Assembly: GCA_964553135.1 (NCBI GenBank)
Contig: CAZKJL010000002.1
Coordinates: 124,224-188,223 of the forward strand
Length of the DNA: 64,000 nt
Direction: 5' to 3'
Source: an uncultured Candidatus Peribacteria bacterium
GTDB taxonomy: Bacteria > Patescibacteriota > Gracilibacteria > Peribacterales > Peribacteraceae
The translations under genes and the position numbers were made by a program. Below the pieces are notes generated by a model. That model was not told the origin of the DNA. It worked only from the letters and a program-made list of their open reading frames with translations, and ran no database searches. Of this stretch, positions 55,635-64,000 are shown piece by piece (within the stretch, counting starts at the first letter, position 1; the number at the start of each line of letters is the position of its first letter).

Positions 55635-56123
55635 CTACGGATACGTCAGCGTCATCGACCCTTCGTGAGTGATGCCTGCGCCGTTGCCGGTGAAATGAAA
55701 CGGCACCGTTTTCCCGCTCTTATTCACCGATCCGCTGAAGTCGGCACTTGCCGGCACATTCACGAAAAACGGGCTGCATGCACCCATCATCTTGCCGCTG
55801 ATCACCCCGTTGTTGCGCCCGTCATATGTACCCGTGACCCGGCCTTCGCACGTTCCCGACACCGTTCCCGTCACCGCTCCGCCGTCCAAGGGAATATTCG
55901 CCGTGATGTTCACGGTATAGCCTTTGTACTCGTACGTTCCCGTGGCGACCGCCGAACCCTCCGGTTCCGGCTCTTCCAGTCCGCCGAACAGGCATTCCAG
56001 TATTTCGATATTCTGACACCGGCTGAAGTAGTAGCCCGCGGCTTCATTGGAGCCCACGAGGAGCAGGATCAACAAAATCAGAATGAATGCCGCCATTGGT
56101 CCACATCCCATTTTGTTGGCCAT
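55635..56123 (-). CDS. Membrane-anchored/secreted Gly/Thr-rich hypothetical protein
   Basis: 162 aa with an N-terminal hydrophobic anchor (AAFILILLILLLVG) followed by a beta-rich GT-rich domain. Confidence 0.55.
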   Translation of the reverse strand: MANKMGCGPMAAFILILLILLLVGSNEAAGYYFSRCQNIEILECLFGGLEEPEPEGSAVATGTYEYKGYTVNITANIPLDGGAVTGTVSGTCEGRVTGTYDGRNNGVISGKMMGACSPFFVNVPASADFSGSVNKSGKTVPFHFTGNGAGITHEGSMTLTYP

Positions 56124-56214
56124 TGAGGACCATTCAATCAGGATGGCGCCGAAAGATCAACGTACTTCTTTCCTCATCTTGATCATCCGAGGGCCTCATC
56201 GGTGTGGAGCGCAT

Positions 56215-57789
56215 ATGAAGCGGAACATGAAAACGTCCGCACGGTACTCAGAACGTGCGGCGAAATCGGCTAGAATGCGACGTATGCGCATCGCTCGTTT
56301 TCTTTCGATCATCATCGCTCTCGGCGTCGTGGCCGCTTGTCAGCCGCAAGAGCAGAAACTCGTTCCTCCCACGCAACCGACATCGTCGTCGGCGTCCTCG
56401 GTGCAGGCACTTGAACAAGTGCCGTCCGAACTCACCATCAAACATTTTTCTGCGATGAAGCTGGAAGGCACGGGACTCACCATGGATACGCGTACCGAGA
56501 GCAATGCGGCGTACGACAAGTACAACGTTCATTATTTCAGCAACGGTCTCAAGATCACGGGAGTCTTCCTCATGCCCAAAGGTACGGGGCCGTTTCCGCT
56601 CCTCATCCTGAATCACGGGCATATCGACACCGCCGTGTATACGCAAGGCAGGGGACTCAAGCGTGAGCAGGACAGCTTGGCACGTGCGGGGTTCGCCGTG
56701 CTCCACACCGACTACCGCGGTCACGCCGGTTCGGACAAGAGTCCCATGCCCGAAGACGATTCGGTGTACGACGGAAATTTGGAGTACGCCATGGACAGCG
56801 CCAACGCGATTCTTGCCGTCCGCGCAGCCAAGCTTCCGCGCGTCGATGCGACGAAGGTTGGGATGCTGGGGCACTCCATGGGCGGAGGAGTGACGCTCGC
56901 GGTGCTCACCGGCAGGCCCGATCTCGTGAGTGCGGCCGTGCTCTACGCGCCGGTCCATGCCGACGTCTGGGAGAACTTCGATCGTTGGCGACGTTTGCGC
57001 GATGAGGGCGATCGAACCATCGAGAAGTTCGGCACGCGCGCCGAACACCCCGAGACGTGGGATGCGCTGTCTCCCAAAACGTATCTGAAGAACATGGTCG
57101 CACCGGTTCTCCTGTTCCAGGGTGGCAAGGACAACGATGTTCCCGAGGCGTGGTCCGACGCTCTCGATGTTTTCATGAAGGACGCGGGGCGTGACATCGA
57201 ATACGTGGAGTATCCCGATGAGCCCCACGAATTCATCCGCAAGTGGCCCGATTTCATGGAGCGAACCGCCGCATTCTTCCATGCCCATCTTGCGCAAGGC
57301 GATGCCGCCGAAGATTTTCTGTTGCCGCTTTCGGCCGAGCGCGTCACGAAAAAACCGTTCGGTCTCAAGGTCGACCCCGAGCATTCTCCCGTCTCGCCCG
57401 AAAAATTCACCGGGTATCACACCGGTACGGATTTCGAGACGACCGATGCCGACCCCGCCGATGTCGTCGTTCGTGCCGCGTGCACCGGAAAGATCGTCTA
57501 CAAAGGAATGGTGAGCGGTTACGGCGGAGTCGTCGTGACATCGTGCACGTATCAAGGCGAGAAGGTCACGGCTTTGTACGGACACCTTCGCTTGTCCTCG
57601 GTGTCGCTTGGAGTCGGCGACGAGCTGAGTGCTGGCGCGCCGTTTGCCGTACTCGGAACGGGATACTCTCCGGAGACGGACGGCGAGAGGCGTCATCTGC
57701 ACTTCTCGCTCCACCGCGGCACATCGACGGAGCTCAAGGGCTACGTGCAAACGGAAGACGCGCTCAAGGATTGGATCAAAGTTTTGTGA
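56215..57789 (+). CDS. Lipoprotein fusing an alpha/beta-hydrolase (S9/DLH-like) domain to a C-terminal M23 (LytM) peptidase domain
   Basis: Lipobox-like GVVAAC, nucleophile elbow GHSMGGG, then GYHTGTDFE and HLHFSLH, which match the M23 HxxxD / HxH motifs. Confidence 0.75.
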   Translation: MKRNMKTSARYSERAAKSARMRRMRIARFLSIIIALGVVAACQPQEQKLVPPTQPTSSSASSVQALEQVPSELTIKHFSAMKLEGTGLTMDTRTESNAAYDKYNVHYFSNGLKITGVFLMPKGTGPFPLLILNHGHIDTAVYTQGRGLKREQDSLARAGFAVLHTDYRGHAGSDKSPMPEDDSVYDGNLEYAMDSANAILAVRAAKLPRVDATKVGMLGHSMGGGVTLAVLTGRPDLVSAAVLYAPVHADVWENFDRWRRLRDEGDRTIEKFGTRAEHPETWDALSPKTYLKNMVAPVLLFQGGKDNDVPEAWSDALDVFMKDAGRDIEYVEYPDEPHEFIRKWPDFMERTAAFFHAHLAQGDAAEDFLLPLSAERVTKKPFGLKVDPEHSPVSPEKFTGYHTGTDFETTDADPADVVVRAACTGKIVYKGMVSGYGGVVVTSCTYQGEKVTALYGHLRLSSVSLGVGDELSAGAPFAVLGTGYSPETDGERRHLHFSLHRGTSTELKGYVQTEDALKDWIKVL

Positions 57790-57843
57790 CACACAGAAAG
57801 AGCCGCTTACGCGGCCCCGTCTGCTCCCTTCTACCACTGAAGG

Positions 57844-58521
57844 TTACTGTGCTGATTCGATGGTGGATTCCTCGCGGACGTCATCCTCCGGGTGGCCCAT
57901 GAAGCCGCCTTTCATCTTGCGATGACCTTCGGGACGAGCGGGGAGCGTCACTCCCTTCTCCGTCGCGATCTGTTCGATGGTTTTGCCACCGTCGATCGCA
58001 GCCTTGAGTTCGGCTTCGGTCATGCCGAGCTTCTCGGCGAGCTTGCCTCCCATGGGGCCGTCCATGTGCATCTTGAATTTCATGCCCGGGCCGCCCATCT
58101 GAGCGCCCATCATGAAGAAGTGGCTGTCGCCGCATGCGGTCTTCATCGCTTCCATCTCAGCCTTTTTGTCGTCGGCGTTGAAGGTTGCGTCCATGGCGGT
58201 GCGGAAGGCTTCCTGAGCGGCCTTGATGGCTTCGGCACGTGCGGTGTCATCGGTGATGGCGGCTGCGGCAACGAGTGCATTCTGACGCGTCTTGGTGGCC
58301 GCTTTCTGTGCCGTGATCATGGCGTCGACCGACGCGAGGAATTTTCCGTCTTGGTCCGCCATCGCCTGCACGCAGGCTTGCGTCGGAACGGGACGGGTCT
58401 TGAGAACATCGGCGGTGCCGGTCGTGCCGGATGCCGCGCTCACGAGCTGTGCCAAGATCGGTACGGCGAGAGCGAGACCGGTGGCGCCTGCGGTGGCGCC
58501 GAGGAGAAATGATTTCTTCAT
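57844..58521 (-). CDS. Secreted helical protein with a C-terminal GMTE..EL..GKT..IA.E.GV module
   Basis: 225 aa with signal peptide MKKSFLLGATAGATGLALAVPILA. The C-terminal LGMTEAELKAAIDGGKTIEQIATEKGVTL is shared with the 60604..60951 product. Confidence 0.6.
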   Translation of the reverse strand: MKKSFLLGATAGATGLALAVPILAQLVSAASGTTGTADVLKTRPVPTQACVQAMADQDGKFLASVDAMITAQKAATKTRQNALVAAAAITDDTARAEAIKAAQEAFRTAMDATFNADDKKAEMEAMKTACGDSHFFMMGAQMGGPGMKFKMHMDGPMGGKLAEKLGMTEAELKAAIDGGKTIEQIATEKGVTLPARPEGHRKMKGGFMGHPEDDVREESTIESAQ

Positions 58522-58606
58522 ACGAATGTGTGGGTAGAGAAATAAAAAGTCCGTCGCGACATGCGCATCGTATGACTCCGTCCGTTAAGACCTGGTTAAG
58601 ACGATA

Positions 58607-59794
58607 TTAAGATTTCTTTATTTTTGCTTTGGCGAAGTGCAGCGTGAACGTCGTGCCGTTGTTTTTCTCGCTCGCGACGTCGATGCTCCAGCCATGCAGA
58701 TCCACGATGCGTTTGACGAGCGCGAGTCCGAGGCCGAGCCCGCCCCTCGAGCGTGATGCGTCGGCTTGGTAGAATCTGTCGAAGACGTGCGGCACGTCCT
58801 CGGCGTCCATGCCGATGCCGTCGTCGCTCACGGAGAGGGAATCTTTCTTGAGCGTCACGTGCACGGTGCCGTGCGGTTTTCCGAACTTCACGCCGTTCGT
58901 GAGCAAGTTGGAGAGCACTTGGTGGATGAGTGCTCCGTCGCCCTGCACATGGACGTTCGGCGCGACGTCGGCCGTGATGGTGGCGTCTTTTTCTTTGGCC
59001 AAGAGCTTATGTTTGCTGACGGTCTGTTCCACGAGCACCGAGAGATCGACGGGCGTGCGCGTCATATCGAGCGCATCGAGGCGCGTCAGCTCCAAGAGCC
59101 TCTCCACGAGCACTTCGATTTGCTTCACGTCGGCTTTGGCCGACTCCAATCCTTCTTGATATTTCTTGGTTCGCAGTGCCAAATCCAACGATGAATTCAG
59201 CGTCGCGAGCGGCGTGCGCAGTTCATGGCTGGCATCCTGGGTGAATTGTTCCAGGCGCTCCATCATGTCCTCGGCAGGCTGCAAACTGTGGCGGGCGAAG
59301 ACGATGCCCACCAAGTAGGTGGCCGCCGAGATGAGTGCGCTCACGATGAGATAGAGGAGTGCTCGTATCGGCAAATCGCGGTACTGCTGACGTTCGGGCC
59401 CCACGATTTGGATGAAGCCGATGGTTTCTTCGCCGTTCTGGAGCGGCTTCGTGAAGATGGCGTAGTCGTCGTCTTGCAATTCCACGGACGTGAACCCGAC
59501 TTTCTTTTCGAACGGGATTTCACTGAAGAAACTTCCGGAGACGACGATGTTCCCGCTGCTGTCCATGATGCGCATGCGTTCCATCATGGGAGGCGGTACG
59601 CCCACCGGCATGCCTTGCAGCGCCATCATGGCCGGTCTCTGCATCTCGTTCGACGTGCGCACCAAGCGGTCGTGTGACATGCGCAGCACGTTGTGATAAT
59701 CGGCGATGAGGAACACCAAACCGTTGAGGAGGAGCAGCAAAAATACGAAGGCCGTGAATTGCAGCGCGATCCGATGGCTGATGTGCTTGAACAT
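58607..59794 (-). CDS. Sensor histidine kinase
   Basis: 395 aa from MFKHISHRIAL..., with two transmembrane segments, the H-box DASHELRTPLA and an HATPase_c domain (DDGIGM, GGLGLGLALV). Confidence 0.88.
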   Translation of the reverse strand: MFKHISHRIALQFTAFVFLLLLLNGLVFLIADYHNVLRMSHDRLVRTSNEMQRPAMMALQGMPVGVPPPMMERMRIMDSSGNIVVSGSFFSEIPFEKKVGFTSVELQDDDYAIFTKPLQNGEETIGFIQIVGPERQQYRDLPIRALLYLIVSALISAATYLVGIVFARHSLQPAEDMMERLEQFTQDASHELRTPLATLNSSLDLALRTKKYQEGLESAKADVKQIEVLVERLLELTRLDALDMTRTPVDLSVLVEQTVSKHKLLAKEKDATITADVAPNVHVQGDGALIHQVLSNLLTNGVKFGKPHGTVHVTLKKDSLSVSDDGIGMDAEDVPHVFDRFYQADASRSRGGLGLGLALVKRIVDLHGWSIDVASEKNNGTTFTLHFAKAKIKKS

Positions 59795-59799
59795 GGGGT

Positions 59800-60462
59800 T
59801 TAGTCTGCGGGAATCAGGTAGCCCTTGCCCGGAACGGTTGAGATGGAGGACTTGCCCAGTTTGCGCCGAAGATAGGCGATATGCACGTCCACGGTTTGCG
59901 AGAACATGAGTTCGTCGCGGCCGCCCCACACGTGTTCGATGATGCGCGGGCGTTCCTGCACCTGTCCTTTGTTGCGGAGCAGGAATTCGAAGAGGGCGTA
60001 CTCCTTCGGCGACAGGTCCACTTGCTTGCCGGCTTTCTCCACTTTGCGCGTGTTCGTGTCCACCGTGATCAGACCCGTCTTCATGACGGGCTGCCTCTCC
60101 ACCGTCGTGCGGCGCATGAGTGCGCGGACACGGGCCAGGAGCACGTCCAAGTCGAACGGCTTCGTCAGGTAATCGTCGGCTCCGATGTTCAGTCCGTGCA
60201 CGACTTCCTGTTGTTTGCTGCGTGCGGTGAGCATGAGGATGGGCATGTCTTTCTTGTGCTGACGGAGCATCGTGCAAATGAGGTAGCCGTCCATGCCGGG
60301 CAAGTTGATGTCCAAGATCACCAAATCCACTTCCATGGTCATGGCTTTCTCGAATCCTTCTTTGCCGTCGTTGGCCACCGTCACGGCATATCCTTCCACC
60401 GTCAGAAATTGTCTGATGTTGTCGGCGAGCTTGGCCTGATCTTCGATGAGGAGAATGTGCAT
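59800..60462 (-). CDS. OmpR-family response regulator
   Basis: MHILLIEDQ..., DLVILDINLPGMDG, and a winged-helix C-terminus (VDVHIAYLRRKL, GKGYLI). Confidence 0.9.
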   Translation of the reverse strand: MHILLIEDQAKLADNIRQFLTVEGYAVTVANDGKEGFEKAMTMEVDLVILDINLPGMDGYLICTMLRQHKKDMPILMLTARSKQQEVVHGLNIGADDYLTKPFDLDVLLARVRALMRRTTVERQPVMKTGLITVDTNTRKVEKAGKQVDLSPKEYALFEFLLRNKGQVQERPRIIEHVWGGRDELMFSQTVDVHIAYLRRKLGKSSISTVPGKGYLIPAD

Positions 60463-60603
60463 TGAGTTCTCAAGATAAGGCAGAGACATTAAGAATGCAT
60501 TAAGACGAGACGGCTCAAGGGCAGAATCCTTACGCGATTCTTCTTAACCCTGCCTTAATGTAGACGTTCTAGAATGTAGACAATTATTCTTTTTCCTTGC
60601 CCA

Positions 60604-60951
60604 ATGCAAAACTTCAGCCTCAAGTCATTTCTCCTCGGACTCGGTTCGGGCGCCGTCATCATCGTCATCGTGTTTGCAGGAATGCGCATGATGAGGCCGG
60701 GAGTTCGGATGAACGGACAGTTCCAGGCCGGCGGCAATCGCCAAATGAACATCGCACGCATGGCGGAACGTTTCGGCATGACCGAAGACGAGTTGAGCGC
60801 AGAACTGAAAGCCGGAAAAACAATGCCTGAAATCGCCAAGGAACACGGCGTCGACTTCGTATTCGGCGGTCGAGGTCCGGCCACGGGCTCCGGTCGCGTG
60901 ATGACGGGCAGCGGAAATGCCGTATCATCGTCCTCCTCTTCCGCCAAATAA
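60604..60951 (+). CDS. Small membrane-anchored protein carrying the same GMTE..EL..GKT..IA.E.GV module
   Basis: 115 aa with an N-terminal transmembrane segment, then FGMTEDELSAELKAGKTMPEIAKEHGVDF. Confidence 0.6.
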   Translation: MQNFSLKSFLLGLGSGAVIIVIVFAGMRMMRPGVRMNGQFQAGGNRQMNIARMAERFGMTEDELSAELKAGKTMPEIAKEHGVDFVFGGRGPATGSGRVMTGSGNAVSSSSSSAK

Positions 60952-62930
60952 TGTCATTTCTCAAGCGCATCATCGGCTTTCTCCGCCGCTCGTTCCTGCG
61001 CGTCAAAGCGATGCCGCTGTTTCAGAACATCTCGCGGTCCAGCTTCATCGGCGGGCTTGCTCTCTCGCTCATCGTGGGAGGCTGGTACGTCGTTCGTGCC
61101 GGTACGACTTCATCCACCGCGTCCTCCGAAGAGATCGTCGTGGTGGAACGCCGCGATATCGTGACGACCATCAAGGCGCTCGGCAAAGTGACGTTCGCCA
61201 GCGAGCAGCAACTGAAATTCAACCTGAAGGGTACGGTCACCAAAGTGAATGCGAAAGAAGGCGACGTCGTGAAAAAGGGCCAAGTGCTCGCCGAGCTCGA
61301 CAAATCGTCGGTGCTCGCCGACGTGCGCCAAGCCCAGCTCCAGATCGGAGCGAGCGCGCTGCAGCTGCAGCAGCTCGAGAACGATCGGGAGAAGACCTTG
61401 GCCGATGCCCGCAACGATCTCAAGACCGCCCAGGAAAAACTTCCCGCCGACGTGGCGTCCGCCGAGCGGGCCCTCGTCGAAAAGAAAGCGGCACTGACGC
61501 AAGCAAAGTCGGATTTGGACAAGCAGCAGAACACGGAGCTCCAAAATCTCGGCCTCACGGCCCAGAGCACACTGACGGCATCGCAGAAACTTCTCGATTC
61601 CTTCTACGGACTGTTGACGCGCGATCAATCGTCGCGTCCGCCCGAGACGGAGCTCGGCAACGGCACCTCGTTCGAGATCGACCACTATTTATACAACGAT
61701 CAAGCGATGAAGATCAAAGTGCAAAATGATTTCATCACCGGATTGCAGCTTGCCAAGAAAATGCGCGATTCCTACGGCAGCGCGTTGCCGTCCCAGAGAG
61801 ATACCAAAGTTCTTCTTGCAGCTCTTACCGATGCGCAGAAATTGGCAGAGGCCGTGCATCGCTTGGGCGAGGATTCGTACGCGCTGCTGCAGGGCGCCAC
61901 CACCGATACGTCCAGTTTCACCACGAGCGATTTGCAAGGCTATCGTAACACCGTGAACACCAATCGCAGCACGGCCGCAGGGCTTGTGGATGCCGTTGTC
62001 ACGGCTCAAGCCAACTTGGCAGCCGCTTCGACCGACGAAGGCATTCCGAGCGTCACGCTTCAACAAAAGAAAGATGCGGTCCAAACCGCGACCAATGCCG
62101 TGCAGCAGGCCGAGGACAACCTGCAAGTATTGAAGACGCAGACGCCCGGCGACTTGCAATCCATGGAGCATGCGCTCAACTCGGCCGTCGCCACCACCGC
62201 CACGAACATTCAGCTGAAGAAGAACGACATCGCGCAGAAATCGACGTCGCTCCAGAAGACGCAGCAGAACCTGAAGGACTATCAGCTCGTGGCTCCGTTC
62301 GACGGCATTCTCACGCACATCGATTACAAGGTCGGTGACAATCTCTTGGACACCGGCGACACCGAAACGGCGGTCTTGCAAAACCGCGACTTCGTCGTCG
62401 TCACCATTCCGCTCGACCAAGTGGACGTCGTGCACGTTCGCACGGGTCTTCCCGCCGTCATCGTCTTCGATGCGCTCGTCGGAAAAACGTTCGACGCCGT
62501 CATCGACAGCATCGATCCGACTCCCATCGAGCAGTCGGGCGTCGTGTCGTACGAAGTGAAGCTGAAGATGCCGACGCCCCAAAATCTCACCATTCTTTCC
62601 GGCATGACCACCACCGTCACCATTGAAACCGAGAAGCGAACGGCGGTTCTCGCCGTACCGAATTTGGCCCTGCAGCATGCGGGAAACCTCACAACCGTGA
62701 AAACCGCGGCGGGTCAGAGCGTTCCCGTTGAAACCGGTCTCACCGACGGCAGGTACACCGAGGTCACGTCGGGTGTTCGCGAAGGCGAAGGCATCGTTTC
62801 CGTGAACATCGTGACGGGCGGAGCATCGTCCGCAAACGCGAATTCCGCACAGCAAATTTTCCGCTTGGGCGGAGGAGGCGGAAGCTTCGCGGTTCCCGCG
62901 GGGGGCGGCGGAGGAGTACGTCGCCAGTAA
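60951..62930 (+). CDS. HlyD/MacA-type periplasmic adaptor with a very long coiled-coil hairpin
   Basis: 659 aa with a membrane anchor, a lipoyl-like domain (VKKGQVLAELD ... LVAPFDGILTHIDYKVGD), extended helical repeats and a Gly-rich tail. Confidence 0.8.
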   Translation: MSFLKRIIGFLRRSFLRVKAMPLFQNISRSSFIGGLALSLIVGGWYVVRAGTTSSTASSEEIVVVERRDIVTTIKALGKVTFASEQQLKFNLKGTVTKVNAKEGDVVKKGQVLAELDKSSVLADVRQAQLQIGASALQLQQLENDREKTLADARNDLKTAQEKLPADVASAERALVEKKAALTQAKSDLDKQQNTELQNLGLTAQSTLTASQKLLDSFYGLLTRDQSSRPPETELGNGTSFEIDHYLYNDQAMKIKVQNDFITGLQLAKKMRDSYGSALPSQRDTKVLLAALTDAQKLAEAVHRLGEDSYALLQGATTDTSSFTTSDLQGYRNTVNTNRSTAAGLVDAVVTAQANLAAASTDEGIPSVTLQQKKDAVQTATNAVQQAEDNLQVLKTQTPGDLQSMEHALNSAVATTATNIQLKKNDIAQKSTSLQKTQQNLKDYQLVAPFDGILTHIDYKVGDNLLDTGDTETAVLQNRDFVVVTIPLDQVDVVHVRTGLPAVIVFDALVGKTFDAVIDSIDPTPIEQSGVVSYEVKLKMPTPQNLTILSGMTTTVTIETEKRTAVLAVPNLALQHAGNLTTVKTAAGQSVPVETGLTDGRYTEVTSGVREGEGIVSVNIVTGGASSANANSAQQIFRLGGGGGSFAVPAGGGGGVRRQ

Positions 62931-62941
62931 CTTTCTTCGCC

Positions 62942-63607
62942 ATGATCAATCTTCAGAACATCATCAAATCGTACGATCTTGGCGAAGAAAAGCTGGTCGT
63001 GCTCAAAGGCGTCTCACTCCACATCAAGACGGGGGAATTCGTCGCCATCATGGGGCCGTCGGGTTCCGGAAAATCCACGCTGATGAACATCATCGGACTC
63101 CTGGATACGCCGAGCGAGGGCTCCTATCTTCTCGAAAAGAAAGAAGTGGCGCGTCTGTCCGAAAACGAACAAGCAGAGGTCCGAAGCCGTCGCATCGGGT
63201 TCGTGTTTCAGGCGTTCAACTTACTCCCGCGCATGCATGCTCTTCGGCAAGTGATGCAGCCTTTATTGTACCAAGGCGTACATCGTTCCGTGGCTCAAAC
63301 AAGGGCTGAAGAAGCCCTTCGATCCGTCGGTCTCGGGGACAGAATGGAGCACCTTCCGAGCGAACTTTCGGGCGGACAGCAGCAACGCGTGGCCATAGCC
63401 CGCGCGCTCGTCACGGACCCCGCCATCATCCTCGCCGACGAGCCGACGGGTGCTCTCGACACGCACACCGGAAAAGAAGTGATGAGCATTCTCACCGCAC
63501 TCAACAAAGCCGGAAAAACCATCGTGATGGTGACGCACGAGCCCACCGTCGCCGCGTTCGCTTCCCGCACCATTCACATTCAGGACGGTCTTGTCGCCAA
63601 GCCATGA
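62942..63607 (+). CDS. MacB/LolD-type ABC transporter ATP-binding protein
   Basis: GPSGSGKSTL, LSGGQQQRVAIARAL, ILADEPTGALD. Confidence 0.92.
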   Translation: MINLQNIIKSYDLGEEKLVVLKGVSLHIKTGEFVAIMGPSGSGKSTLMNIIGLLDTPSEGSYLLEKKEVARLSENEQAEVRSRRIGFVFQAFNLLPRMHALRQVMQPLLYQGVHRSVAQTRAEEALRSVGLGDRMEHLPSELSGGQQQRVAIARALVTDPAIILADEPTGALDTHTGKEVMSILTALNKAGKTIVMVTHEPTVAAFASRTIHIQDGLVAKP

Positions 63608-64000
63608 ACATTCTCGAGAACATCAGAGGCGCGCTCGGTTCCATCGCCAGCAACAAGTTGCGGTCGGCGCTCACCATGCTCGGCATCATCATCGGCGTGG
63701 CGTCGGTCGTTCTGCTCGTCGCCATCGGCCAAGGCACGCAACGCAGCGTCACGTCGCGCATCCAGAGTCTCGGCACCAACTTGCTCACCATTTCGCCCGG
63801 CAGTCCGAGCCAGACCAACGTTCGTTTTACCGGAGGAGGTCAGACTTCGGGCACGCTTTCCCAAGATGACGTCGACGCCGTTTCTGAGCATATGGACGGC
63901 ATCCAGGCCCTGTCGCCGGAACTGCGCAGTCGTCAGCAGGCCATCGTGGGCAGCAGGAACACGTCCACCAACGTCATCGGTGCGGTGCCCGACTACGCGC
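63604..64000 (+). CDS. MacB/FtsX-type ABC permease, 5' part (runs off the window)
   Basis: Own translation from the ATG at 63604 (ATGA overlap) gives MNILENIRGALGSIASNKLRSALTMLGIIIGVASVVLLVAIGQG..., the typical MacB N-terminus. Confidence 0.85.
   Translation, partial: MNILENIRGALGSIASNKLRSALTMLGIIIGVASVVLLVAIGQGTQRSVTSRIQSLGTNLLTISPGSPSQTNVRFTGGGQTSGTLSQDDVDAVSEHMDGIQALSPELRSRQQAIVGSRNTSTNVIGAVPDYA

Noticed and set aside
55435-55668. 77-aa plus-strand ORF just right of the islet
   Set aside because: It is Arg/Pro-rich, overlaps hairpin-rich intergenic sequence and the end of the 55635..56123 gene, and has no start context.

Overview
This is a 64-kb, gene-dense, high-GC bacterial chromosomal segment (about 60% G+C in the 60-nt lines I counted by hand). 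Most of it is housekeeping, and many neighbouring genes overlap by 4 nt (ATGA). Recognisable content, in order:
- a partial RelA/SpoT gene, a Nudix hydrolase, a redoxin and uvrA
- two SLH-domain surface proteins with poly-Ser linkers, and GT-C-type glycosyltransferases
- a nine-gene shikimate/Phe/Tyr operon (aroF, aroB, an aroA-aroK fusion, an aroD-aroE fusion, aroC, chorismate mutase, tyrA, pheA, aminotransferase) running straight into ribE-ribH, with ribBA further on
- gnd, tal and rnhB
- purE (class II-like), purM, pyrE, pheS, udg, rsmG, rlmE, ftsE and a PolX lacking the PHP domain
- an MscS-family channel, the H+-pyrophosphatase hppA, a PhzE-like fused chorismate-utilising enzyme and msrA
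- an OmpR/histidine-kinase pair followed by a MacAB-like efflux system
- four tRNA genes: Arg-TCG, Arg-GCG, Ala-GGC and Gln-CTG

Main non-housekeeping signals:
1. A 1.5-kb low-GC islet sits beside tRNA-Gln. It is bounded by 14-bp direct repeats and carries a two-gene orphan cassette (a HEPN-like/winged-helix protein plus a partner) behind a promoter overlapped by perfect palindromes.
2. A 34-codon Phe-rich leader ORF and a structured RNA lie upstream of the aromatic operon.
3. A family of intergenic hairpins is built from tandem 9-mers. There are eight copies, most lying within a few nt of a stop codon.
4. Three tRNA genes are accompanied by tandem or direct copies of fragments of themselves.

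No CRISPR array, rRNA, transposase or integrase was seen. All calls come from reading the sequence and the ORF track only. No database search was run, and start codons and promoters are approximate.
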